DNA of 64,000 nucleotides from Escherichia coli (GTDB lineage Bacteria; Pseudomonadota; Gammaproteobacteria; Enterobacterales; Enterobacteriaceae): NCBI RefSeq assembly GCF_048403405.1, contig NZ_CP183129.1; one strand, 5' to 3'. Shown piece by piece: positions 55,941 to 64,000 of this stretch (position 1 is its first letter; each line of letters starts with the position of its first letter). The notes under the pieces were generated by a model. It saw only the letters and a program-made list of their open reading frames with translations, ran no database searches and was not told where the DNA came from. The position numbers and the translations under genes were made by a program.

Positions 55941-56986
55941 TGAGCAGAAAAAATAAAAAAGTGCGCATGAGTTCACGCATTGATCTCGCTGATGCGCTCA
56001 GGAAAGAATCATCGCTCAGTGCATTCACATTTGATGGTCCTTATCGCCTGACCGGGCATGACCTGCTGGACAATATGTACTGTGCTGATAACGGGCGGTG
56101 GTATGAAACCCCGGTGGACTGGTACGGTCTGGCAAGAGCCGCCCGGCAAACGTCCTGGCATCAGTCTGCGCTTTACTTTAAGCGCAATGTATTACTCGGT
56201 TGCTACATCCCGCACCCGCTGCTTTCCCGGCAGGATTTCTCGGCGCTGGCGCTGGACTGGTTTGTGTTCGGTAACGCATTCCTTGAGCTTCGGAGCAATA
56301 TGCTCGGCGAACCGCTTAAATTACGGCACGCCCTGGCGAAATACATGCGACGCGGAAGCGATCTTGAATCATGGTGGTATGTGCAGGATGGCAAGGACGC
56401 GTTCCAGTTTCGCCCTGGCAAAGTGTGCCACCTGATGAATCCGGATATTAACCAGGAAATCTACGGCATGCCGGAATATCTTGGCGCATTACTCTCGGCC
56501 AGCCTTTCTCATTCGGCGGACATGTTCAGAAAACTGTACTACGACAACGGATCCCACGCCGGGTGCATCATCTACATCGGTGCAGCGCAGGTAAACCGCG
56601 AAAGCATGGACTCCCTGAAAGAAACGTTACAGGGTGCGCGTGGTGGTGGTGCATTTAAAAACGTGCTCATTCATGCGCCCAACGGGGGCAAAGAAGGGGT
56701 GCAAATTTTGCCGTTCCAGCAGATCACCGCAAAAGATGAGTTCATGAATGTTAAGGCGGCATCCCGTGATGATGTGCTGGCTGCGCACCGCGTTCCGCCG
56801 CAACTGATGGGGGCGATGCCGGGCGAAAAAAGTGCGTTTGGTGATGTGGAGAAGGCCGCGCGGGTTTACGCAATTAACGAGCTGATGCCCGTCATGGAGG
56901 CCATGAAGCACATCAATGACTGGCTTGGCGAAGAGGTGATCCGCTTTAACCCTTACGCACTGTTAGACACCCAGCCCACATCCTGA
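55940..56986 (+). CDS. Q: Portal protein Q
   Basis: 348-aa product; start overlaps the P stop. Confidence 0.85.
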   Translation: MSRKNKKVRMSSRIDLADALRKESSLSAFTFDGPYRLTGHDLLDNMYCADNGRWYETPVDWYGLARAARQTSWHQSALYFKRNVLLGCYIPHPLLSRQDFSALALDWFVFGNAFLELRSNMLGEPLKLRHALAKYMRRGSDLESWWYVQDGKDAFQFRPGKVCHLMNPDINQEIYGMPEYLGALLSASLSHSADMFRKLYYDNGSHAGCIIYIGAAQVNRESMDSLKETLQGARGGGAFKNVLIHAPNGGKEGVQILPFQQITAKDEFMNVKAASRDDVLAAHRVPPQLMGAMPGEKSAFGDVEKAARVYAINELMPVMEAMKHINDWLGEEVIRFNPYALLDTQPTS

Positions 56987-57316
56987 CGCGCTTCGCTTGT
57001 CTGCTGCTTCGCCGGGGCATAAAAAATTTATGCCCCGACTCTCCAGCTCCTGTATCAGTCAGATAATTTCACGACGCTTTCCTGCTGATTGCCATCATCG
57101 ACAGTCAGACTCTTACGCAATCCCACCGCGTTGACTGCATGTTCTCGCCGTCTCAGTGCGATTTTGACGGCCTTACCTTTCACCCCATCAAATCAAAAGC
57201 CCTCACGTCTTTTTCACGCTCAGCGTGAGAAATACAGCCATTCTGTTGTGTCTCTGCGACATCGTTCAGGGGATGCTATTTACCCCCTGAAACGCGGGCT
57301 GTTCCCCCGTCACCTG

Positions 57317-57340
57317 CGCGCAGAAAAAGCGCGTTTTTTT
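57317..57340 (+). terminator. Rho-independent terminator downstream of P-Q
   Basis: CGCGC-agaaaaa-GCGCG followed by TTTTTTT. Confidence 0.55.
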
Positions 57341-57410
57341 GTGCACGCACGGATCCTTGACGGATCCAGCCGCCATGCGGGCCGGAAGGGTAAAAAGTCG
57401 TTCAAAAAAA

Positions 57411-57440
57411 TTGTGCAAATTTGTGCACTTTTGTGCAGGT
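57411..57440. promoter_or_regulatory. Three helically phased TTGTGCA repeats upstream of a TTGACC -35-like hexamer
   Basis: TTGTGCAaat TTGTGCActt TTGTGCAggt at exact 10-bp spacing, with a fourth TTGTGCA at 57339; TTGACC lies at 57457-57462. Confidence 0.5.
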
Positions 57441-57537
57441 AAGCATGCCTATATATTTGACCGTGGCTTGCCTTTGATGTAGTTTATACGTCACAAAAAC
57501 CACAAAACGTGGTTATGATTTCTATGAGGGGGTTGAT

Positions 57538-57573
57538 ATGAAAAAAATGTATGATGAATTTGATGGTTTCTAA
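57538..57573 (+). CDS. Candidate 11-aa leader peptide (MKKMYDEFDGF)
   Basis: ATG with GAGGGGG 6 nt upstream, stop 20 nt before a strong terminator; likely a leader/attenuator rather than a protein with its own function. Confidence 0.4.
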   Translation: MKKMYDEFDGF

Positions 57574-57593
57574 GCTACGTTGACCTCTAATGA

Positions 57594-57620
57594 GGCGGGG
57601 ATTTGCTCCCCGCCTTTTTT
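57594..57620 (+). terminator. Strong intrinsic terminator 14 nt upstream of the first membrane-protein gene
   Basis: GGCGGGGA-tttgc-TCCCCGCC followed by TTTTTT. Confidence 0.75.
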
Positions 57621-57634
57621 ATGGATGAAATAGG

Positions 57635-58132
57635 ATGAACCCAATAACACTACAAATCATCAGCAATGCTATTGTTCTGCTTGGCGTTTTGGTTGCCATT
57701 GGAACCATTATCTACAATGTGCGTACCGCAAAAAAAACTCAAACGGCCAACTTTCTTTTTGAGAGTCGGCAAGATATGCAATATATAGAGTCATTGCATA
57801 CCCTGAAACAAGTGCATCGTTCAGGCAAATCATTTCGTTCTTATGTTTTTCCTTGTGATGGTTGCATAATAACAGATGAAGAAATGGCCGAGCGTCGAAA
57901 ATTTCAATATATTTTAAATTTTTACGAGCGAGTTGCTGTAAGTATTCGTGAAGGTATTTATGATGAAAAAATGATAAAAAGAACATCTTACACAACAGTT
58001 GTAGAGACATATGATATTGCCGAGCCATTAATTAAAGCAATCAGAGAAAGCATTAATTCGGATACTACATATCAAGAATTCGAATGGTTAGTAAGAAGAT
58101 GGAAAGCTAATCCTTTACGGAAAAACAAATAA
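57635..58132 (+). CDS. AT-rich single-pass membrane protein, unknown function
   Basis: 165-aa ORF with one N-terminal TM helix (ITLQIISNAIVLLGVLVAIGTIIYNV) and a charged soluble domain; visibly AT-rich against the GC-rich phage genes on either side. Confidence 0.7.
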   Translation: MNPITLQIISNAIVLLGVLVAIGTIIYNVRTAKKTQTANFLFESRQDMQYIESLHTLKQVHRSGKSFRSYVFPCDGCIITDEEMAERRKFQYILNFYERVAVSIREGIYDEKMIKRTSYTTVVETYDIAEPLIKAIRESINSDTTYQEFEWLVRRWKANPLRKNK

Positions 58133-58171
58133 TGTTTTACCCTTTAATTTACAAGTAACACAGGGGGAAGT

Positions 58172-59014
58172 GTGACACAGAATCCGTTTTCATTTTATGA
58201 CTTTTTGGGCTATCTAATTCCAGGTGGGTTATTCCTGTTTATCCTTTTTTTGTTTTCTATTGAAATTAACCCTGTTTATATAGAAGGTATTCTTAACCAT
58301 ATCCTGAAATATAAAGAAATAATAAGTGTATTTATATATGTGGCATTAATCGTTCTATCATATATTTCAGGTCACTTCATATCTATTCTATCATCCTGTT
58401 TAATTGAAAAATACATGAACAGTAAACTTGGGTATCCTTCAATTTATCTGTTTTCTAAAAGAAGCTCCCTGAAAATAAAACGACATAATACTAAGTTCAG
58501 TATAGTTAATTTTATTCGTGGAGTTTTTTTATTTCCTGTATCAGCTTTTGATAAAGCAGAACATCATAAAACCACACTGCATTCTATACTTATTAAAGTC
58601 TTTTGGCCGCAAATACGAGATGGTTATATAAATGTTTTTTCTGTATCTACGCTATATCGACGTAAGGGCTTGAGGGGCAATCTTTTTCGCCTTGCTTATC
58701 ATTATGTGTATGAACATTCTAAAAATCATCAGGTGAAAATGCAAAACTATGTTGCTTTGTATGGTTTTTGTAGAAACATTACATTTGTTTTTCTCGCTTC
58801 AGTCTGGTTGCTTATGTTCCTGCTCCTTCTATCCTTTTTAATAGATATAAATATCAGACTGTTACCTTTTTGTTTTCTTCTCTTGTTTTGTATTGCTGTA
58901 TCCCGAGTATTTTATTATGGTTTTGTTAAGTATTATCGCCGCTATTCTCTTGAGGTTTTAATGGCATTTGCGGTACTTCAGCACGATAAAAAAACTTCGG
59001 CAATTTCATCATGA
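58172..59014 (+). CDS. AT-rich polytopic membrane protein, unknown function
   Basis: 280-aa ORF (GTG start after AGGGGGA) with at least five hydrophobic helices; 39 nt downstream of the previous gene, same strand. Confidence 0.7.
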   Translation: MTQNPFSFYDFLGYLIPGGLFLFILFLFSIEINPVYIEGILNHILKYKEIISVFIYVALIVLSYISGHFISILSSCLIEKYMNSKLGYPSIYLFSKRSSLKIKRHNTKFSIVNFIRGVFLFPVSAFDKAEHHKTTLHSILIKVFWPQIRDGYINVFSVSTLYRRKGLRGNLFRLAYHYVYEHSKNHQVKMQNYVALYGFCRNITFVFLASVWLLMFLLLLSFLIDINIRLLPFCFLLLFCIAVSRVFYYGFVKYYRRYSLEVLMAFAVLQHDKKTSAISS

Positions 59015-59097
59015 TTTGAAACATTGGCACCCTGTTAGCAAGGGTGCCAGAATGATGTGTTGGTCTGTATTTTATTAGTTCACATACAATTATCAGA

Positions 59098-59412
59098 TTA
59101 TTCTGGGAATAAGGTCTGAATATTCTTTTTTATTCTATAAAAATTGCATTCAACTCCGCTAGGCTGATTATCCTGGTATGTTTCCTTGATGCTAACGGTA
59201 TTGAAGGGGAGGTTGTCCTCTGGCCATTCGGCCATCCAGTAGGCAAATGCTGGGTTGCGCTTTATGAGCGCTAGCCCAGCCAGAAAGGCCGCGCGTTGCG
59301 CGCGGCTGCGTTCGGAGGCTGGTAGGCTATCGAGGTAATTGCACGCCTCCTGTTCACTCTTGACGGCGGCGGGCTTCAGATAGAAACTTATCCGTCTGGT
59401 TGGTGTCGTCAT
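59098..59412 (-). CDS. parR: ParR-like centromere-binding partition protein
   Basis: ATG at 59412 with AAGGAG 8 nt upstream gives 104 aa containing LDSLPASERSRAQRAAFLAGLAL, resembling R1 ParR (LDSIPQGERSRLNRAALTAGLAL) from memory. Confidence 0.7.
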   Translation of the reverse strand: MTTPTRRISFYLKPAAVKSEQEACNYLDSLPASERSRAQRAAFLAGLALIKRNPAFAYWMAEWPEDNLPFNTVSIKETYQDNQPSGVECNFYRIKKNIQTLFPE

Positions 59413-59416
59413 TGGT

Positions 59417-60376
59417 TTACTCCTTGTCCATTGCGTACAGCCCATTAACCAGAGCAAACTGTGGCACCCCGTCCGCGATGAAAGTCGCATTAACTCCGCA
59501 GACTTCGCGGATAGCGGGTGCCACAATCTCCGCCCCTCCACCGACAACCATCACCCGCCCGTAACCCGAAAAAACCGCCAGCGCGCGGATCACGCGTTGT
59601 TTCAGTGTTTCTTCCTTTTCACGAATAACCGCCATCAGGCTGGCGTAATGCGCGTCATTGTGGATGTGCTGGCGCAGCCAGGCTTCATCATGGCGATGTT
59701 CGATAATGGTATTGGCGATGTGGTGACTGGTGCGCATACCGTTAGTGGCCATCACCGACAGTACGGCATCGGCCATCAGGGAAACGCCTACGTGTGGATC
59801 GCAAAACACCTGGCTGATACCTGCCAGTTGCCCTTGAACCTTTGCCACATCCAGCGTGGTTCCGCCTAAATCCACAATCAGCAGGGATTCAAACGGACTC
59901 ATGTCAGCCAGTGCTTTAAAGCCAGCCGGAATGGATTCAGGCATAACCCGCACGTTACGGATAGTGAATGCTTCGCCGTTCTGGTACTCCACCGAGCGCA
60001 TAACGTTCGCTTTTTTGCGGTTGATGTTGGCCATGTCCGGCTGTGCGTTTGTCTCGAAATACTCGCTCAGTGGCAGGGTGACAACCACATCCACCTCTTG
60101 TGGCGTGATGCCTGATTTGACCAGCGCGTGATGAATGGCGATTACATTCACATCGCTGTACTGGTATTGCGTGTCGGTCGTCTGGACAAAGCGATCGCTG
60201 ACCGGATCAAAACCATAGCGCACGCCATCAAGCATGTAGTTCGCGGGCTGCATGCCACCGAACGGCGCAGACCATTCCGACTTGAAGCTGTTCGGGCTGA
60301 TGGCGTTGCGGCGTTCGCCATTCTCAGTCCATGCCAGCTTGATGTTGGTGGAGCCGTCGTCGATACAAATTTTCAT
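59417..60376 (-). CDS. parM: ParM/StbA-family actin-like partition ATPase
   Basis: 319-aa product beginning MKICIDDGSTNIKLAW with IVDLGGTTLDV and VVGGGAE motifs, close to R1 ParM as I recall it. Confidence 0.8.
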   Translation of the reverse strand: MKICIDDGSTNIKLAWTENGERRNAISPNSFKSEWSAPFGGMQPANYMLDGVRYGFDPVSDRFVQTTDTQYQYSDVNVIAIHHALVKSGITPQEVDVVVTLPLSEYFETNAQPDMANINRKKANVMRSVEYQNGEAFTIRNVRVMPESIPAGFKALADMSPFESLLIVDLGGTTLDVAKVQGQLAGISQVFCDPHVGVSLMADAVLSVMATNGMRTSHHIANTIIEHRHDEAWLRQHIHNDAHYASLMAVIREKEETLKQRVIRALAVFSGYGRVMVVGGGAEIVAPAIREVCGVNATFIADGVPQFALVNGLYAMDKE

Positions 60377-60406
60377 GTCGATTTTCCTTATGTTGGTTAA
60401 TTAACC

Positions 60407-60519
60407 GTTTACGGGATTTTTAAATCCCGCTTTCGCCTGTTTTGTGCGCGCTTCATATATCGCGGCGCGTTTTTTGCTCATTTACGGGATTTGTGAATCC
60501 CGTTTCTGTCTGTTTTTTG
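60407..60519. repeat. Two ~40-bp direct repeats with internal dyad symmetry upstream of parM (candidate parC or ori iterons)
   Basis: GTTTACGGGATTTTTAAATCCCGCTTTCGCCTGTTTTGTG (60407-60446) and TTTACGGGATTTGTGAATCCCGTTTCTGTCTGTTTTTTG (60481-60519); the second lies within the last codons of gene A. Confidence 0.65.
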
Positions 60520-63320
60520 TTTCCACTGGTCAGGCCAGTCCTCAGCAGGTTTGCTTTGCGGCGGGCGCGTTCAGTGGTTTCTCTGATTCTCTGTGCGTGC
60601 TCTGCGTCACGAATGGCGCGCAGCATGTCAGAAAGCACGGTAACGGGTGTTTTCATGGTGTTCTGGACCTGCTGAAGTGTGGATGCCAGGCGTGCGGCGG
60701 CTTCGGGGTCTGATGCCCCGAGCTGTGCCAGATAGCTGGAGACCGGGTTATGGCGGATCTCCGTGCTGCTTACGCCGTGATTACGGCTCAGGCGCTGCCA
60801 GAGCTGCGTGATTCGGCTGTCCGGGCGGGCATCCGGTTTGCGTACAATTTCAAATCCCTGCGGTGCAATGATGCTGCCGTCAACGTACAGACTGCCGCCC
60901 CGTAACAGGTGCTGCATCTGTTGTTCACCGATATGCAGGCCGAGAGATTCAGCAGACTCCCGCCATTCTTTAGCGAGTAATTCGTGGTTATCAGGCAAAG
61001 GCCGCTGCTGTTTGCGGCTCTGTGTCCAGCTCTGCATTTCATCGCTGCTGTTTTTTGCCTGTTTGTCACGAAGCGAACGCATCAGCGCCCGGCGTTCGTG
61101 TCGTTTCAGTGAGCGCATCCATTCGTTCACTTCAACGCCGTTAGGGAGCTGCGGCCACGGTGCTGGCCGTTCTTCCGGCTGTTCTGTCCCGTTGTTGTCC
61201 GTTTCCTGTACACGGGGACAGTTATTGCCACGAGTCCAAGGGGCGGCAGGGCCGCCCTGAAGGTCAAAACCATTTTCGCGGGCGCTGTCTTCCGCTTCCG
61301 GTTTGCGTCTTACCAGCTTCCAGTTATCCGGATGCGTGCACACACGGGAGGATTCCCCGATGAGTGGTGACCAGATCCCGTAAATCTGTACGCTCTGTTC
61401 GCCGTAATCGTTCATCTCATCGGCGAGGTCGTAGGCGGTGCGAATCAGGTAGTCTTTGCGTGGAACAAGTACGCCGCCCTGTTTCTCTATGTAGGTGGCA
61501 AAACATCCGGCATCAGCGGCGGCAAGAACCGCATCCATTGCGTCATCCTTCAGCCGTTGCGGGCCTTCCGGGTTGCGTGCCATCTGGCTGGCAAGGCGGC
61601 GCAGTTCACGCCATACCTGGCGGGAGGGGATGCCAAAGAACTGGAACTGGCGGACCCGGTGAAGGCGCGCCCAGCCGATGGCGCGTTCCACGCTCTCGGC
61701 CATTGATTTTCCGGTTTCGTGGTCAACGCGTGGCTTGCCCGTTTTCGGGTCGATGCCATCCACGGCACGGCTGTCCAGGTTTTTCCCGATGTAGGTGGCG
61801 ATGTAGCTGGTCGGTGTGCCTTTTGAGCCGTCGACGTACTCCGCCTTAAAGCGTGGGGTAATATCATCACCCAGCTCGTGACGATCTTCCTGAATGGCAA
61901 TATCGCGGGTGTGGGACACAATAGTGTCGATTTCTTCCGGATGAGCAAAGACCATCATATGCCAGTGCACGGTGCCGTCATGGTGAGGCTCCACCGTGCG
62001 GATGCCATACCAGCGCAGGCCGTCGCGGTTCAGTTTCTTGCGGACCGCCGCAAAAAACGTGTTAACCAGGTAATCGCTGGAGTCGCGCATGGTGGCCCCG
62101 TTCCATTTGGGATTCGGATGACCGTTCTCTGTTGTGGCGTGGTATTTTGACGGGCAGGTGACAGTCAGAAACACCGCTCTGTCGCCACGGGCTTCGGCCA
62201 GAAGTTCCAGCCCCTTCATGGTGGCCATCATTTCTGCCTTACGGTGAACCGGGTTACTTACTCCCGCGTAATACACTGTCTCGAGATCAATCGTGAACCC
62301 ATCTTCGTTTTCCAGCATGAAACTTTTCAGGAAATCGCGTGTTTTCTCGCGCTGTGCGCGAAACTCGCTTAATGCGTCCTGGCTCAGATAGGGCGATGTT
62401 TTTCTGGAAACCAGACAGGCGGCGCGGAGTTGTTCTTCTCTCCACTCGCAACGTAACAGCCACAGTTTGCGTTTCCACCATTCCGCACAGGTCAGGCGAA
62501 GGATTGCGCCCGGCAGCAGCTCCGTGTCCGGTTCGTTCCTCCGGTCTTTATCTGTTGTCAGTGCGTCATAATGTGGAGGCATGATGTGCAGGTGTAACGC
62601 CATGCGGGCCAGCATCTGATACGCCTTCAGCGTTACATCCATGGTCAGTTCGCCATCGGTCGCGCCAAAGCCATCGCAGAGTTTTTCGAAGGTGCTGCTG
62701 AACATCGCCGCCGTCATGGTGGCCAGCGTCTGTATCTGGTGTTTGTTGAGCTGCGGCAGGTAAAGCAAATCGTCCAGGCGTTCGCGTCCGGCAAGGGAGC
62801 GATAACCAGGTGTCAGCCAGCGCCCGTCAGTGCGATCCAGACGTTCGAATATTTTGCGCAGGGTTCCGCGTGCATAGCGTTCCGCCTGCCAGGTCTTTTT
62901 GCCTTTCTGACGATCGGCTTCCTGCTTCTTGCGCAGGAAAGAGAGGTGGCGGCTCAGAGGTTCTCGCAGATAACCGGGAAGCGCCTTCAGTGTGGCAAAG
63001 GCACGGGCTACCGGGTCTTGTTCTGTTGCCCGGCGCTTACTGATGATGCTCTGTGCCAGCTTTTCACGCTGTCCGGCTTCCTCAAGGGATGCCATGAGTT
63101 TTTTACCCATGGCGGATTGTGCGAAAAAGGCTTCTTCCTTCGCTTCCTGTTCTTCCTGTGCCCTTTTGTCCGCCTCAAGGTAGTAACGGATGGCGCGTTG
63201 CAGGTCGGTTTCAGTTTCCTGCCTGCGCTCCGTAAATCTGGCCGGATCAATAGCTGGTCGTGGTTCATTCCAGCTCCATGCAAACGCACTCATGGCTGGT
63301 ATCCCGTCACGCGCTGCCAC
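60453..63320 (-). CDS. A: Rolling-circle replication initiator (P2 gpA family)
   Basis: 955-aa track ORF with metal-binding HWHMMVF and YIATYIGK active-site Tyr motifs; alternative start at 63293 (MSAFAWSWNEP); longer than P2 A as I recall it. Confidence 0.8.
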   Translation of the reverse strand: MAARDGIPAMSAFAWSWNEPRPAIDPARFTERRQETETDLQRAIRYYLEADKRAQEEQEAKEEAFFAQSAMGKKLMASLEEAGQREKLAQSIISKRRATEQDPVARAFATLKALPGYLREPLSRHLSFLRKKQEADRQKGKKTWQAERYARGTLRKIFERLDRTDGRWLTPGYRSLAGRERLDDLLYLPQLNKHQIQTLATMTAAMFSSTFEKLCDGFGATDGELTMDVTLKAYQMLARMALHLHIMPPHYDALTTDKDRRNEPDTELLPGAILRLTCAEWWKRKLWLLRCEWREEQLRAACLVSRKTSPYLSQDALSEFRAQREKTRDFLKSFMLENEDGFTIDLETVYYAGVSNPVHRKAEMMATMKGLELLAEARGDRAVFLTVTCPSKYHATTENGHPNPKWNGATMRDSSDYLVNTFFAAVRKKLNRDGLRWYGIRTVEPHHDGTVHWHMMVFAHPEEIDTIVSHTRDIAIQEDRHELGDDITPRFKAEYVDGSKGTPTSYIATYIGKNLDSRAVDGIDPKTGKPRVDHETGKSMAESVERAIGWARLHRVRQFQFFGIPSRQVWRELRRLASQMARNPEGPQRLKDDAMDAVLAAADAGCFATYIEKQGGVLVPRKDYLIRTAYDLADEMNDYGEQSVQIYGIWSPLIGESSRVCTHPDNWKLVRRKPEAEDSARENGFDLQGGPAAPWTRGNNCPRVQETDNNGTEQPEERPAPWPQLPNGVEVNEWMRSLKRHERRALMRSLRDKQAKNSSDEMQSWTQSRKQQRPLPDNHELLAKEWRESAESLGLHIGEQQMQHLLRGGSLYVDGSIIAPQGFEIVRKPDARPDSRITQLWQRLSRNHGVSSTEIRHNPVSSYLAQLGASDPEAAARLASTLQQVQNTMKTPVTVLSDMLRAIRDAEHAQRIRETTERARRKANLLRTGLTSGNKKQTETGFTNPVNEQKTRRDI

Positions 63321-63679
63321 TCCTGCGAGAAGAGGGCGGAAAGGCGGTTAAATTCAGCGGTGTATTCACTCAGCGAGGCACACCCGCCAGCAGTGCGATG
63401 CGCCAGCATTGCTGCAAATACGGAGGCCGGAGAGTCGTAATACGCCAGCAGTGATTCGCCGTGCGGTGTCAGGCAGTGCAACGCCAGTCCGTGTGGTGTG
63501 AAGTCCACGCGGTAGCAGTCGTCTACTGTGAAATAAAGGGTGTCTGCATTCTCCGGTTTTGTGGTGCGTGCTCTGTTGTCACGACCACGGATGTAGAGAT
63601 CAAATAACCCCTGAAGAACGGGAGCCAGACGGGTGTCCTGTGTGCGCACCCATCTTGTGAAGTCATGAGCGTCAATCAT
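63290..63679 (-). CDS. Hypothetical phage protein upstream of A
   Basis: 129-aa ORF on the same strand, overlapping the A start. Confidence 0.5.
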   Translation of the reverse strand: MIDAHDFTRWVRTQDTRLAPVLQGLFDLYIRGRDNRARTTKPENADTLYFTVDDCYRVDFTPHGLALHCLTPHGESLLAYYDSPASVFAAMLAHRTAGGCASLSEYTAEFNRLSALFSQEWQRVTGYQP

Positions 63680-63751
63680 GCTGCAATTCTCTTTACTACA
63701 GATGTGCGAAGGCCTCCCGCCGCAAGGTGCAGAAAAGGCCCGGAACAGGAA

Positions 63752-63982
63752 TTAATGGAGTTTGTTTTGCTGCTGGATGAGCTGTTGAAGCTCGTGCAGA
63801 TCATCCGCCAGATAGCTGAAAACAGAGGCGGAATAAATGTTTGATAGTGCGTGGCTGCGCTCATGCAGCATATTGATGTGCATGATTTGCGCGACGCGTG
63901 ATGCGCGGGAAAGTCTGCGGTTGATTTCAGTCTGGATGTGACGACGCTCCGCGATAGCGCGGTGCTGTTTGCGGTCTGCCAT
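63752..63982 (-). CDS. Hypothetical small phage protein
   Basis: 76-aa ORF, basic and coiled-coil-like, in the early-gene region. Confidence 0.45.
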   Translation of the reverse strand: MADRKQHRAIAERRHIQTEINRRLSRASRVAQIMHINMLHERSHALSNIYSASVFSYLADDLHELQQLIQQQNKLH

Positions 63983-64000
63983 GGTGTGGCCTCTTTGCTC

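Larger units (their letters stand above)
31742..64000. mobile_element. Inserted element containing a P2-like prophage (partial, continues right of window)
   Basis: Left junction inferred where pdxB-like sequence ends. Contains the full P2-type late gene set plus replication gene A; the int/C/cox end is not in the window. Confidence 0.75.

Noticed and set aside
56987-57316. cos site of the P2-like prophage, expected just beyond portal gene Q; a 10-bp-stem hairpin at 57014-57036 was noted
   Set aside because: I could not match a cohesive-end sequence with confidence from memory, so no cos feature is called; alignment to P2 cos would be needed.
57089-57442. 117-aa Arg-rich ORF spanning the post-Q intergenic region
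   Set aside because: It runs across terminator and repeat elements with no RBS and low-complexity composition; likely non-coding.

Overview
Enterobacterial (E. coli-type) chromosome segment in three parts; comparisons to E. coli K-12 and phage P2 are from memory, not from a search. (1) nt 1-3107: tRNA-Arg(CCU) argW with a P4-family integrase at its 3' end and a 5'-truncated beta-helix (tailspike-like) gene, i.e. the edge of an argW-integrated island. (2) nt 3.1-31.7 kb: conserved core genes yfdC, mlaA, yfdF, fadL, yfcZ, fadI-fadJ, sixA, the yfc chaperone-usher fimbrial operon (usher intact), smrB, prmB, aroC, mepA, yfcA (apparent frameshift), epmC, yfcL, mnmC, fabB, yfcJ and flk. (3) nt 31.7-64 kb (continuing past the window): an inserted element that starts a few codons into what looks like the pdxB start and is dominated by a P2-like prophage. 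The prophage carries ogr, D, FI-FII-E/E'-T-U, a Gin/Pin-type invertase with a 3.1-kb invertible tail-fiber segment, H-I-J-W-V-S-R, a lysis cassette, X-L-M-N-O, P-Q and replication gene A. Accessory cargo comprises an AT-rich two-gene membrane-protein cassette behind a leader-peptide/terminator at the cos-proximal hotspot (the best candidate for an undescribed defence or exclusion system), a complete ParMRC-type partition module, a Hok-like toxin gene, and an AT-rich operon for a secreted Cys-repeat protein plus a zinc-ribbon membrane protein. The FI-U tail module is inverted relative to canonical P2 order. No rRNA or CRISPR array was seen.
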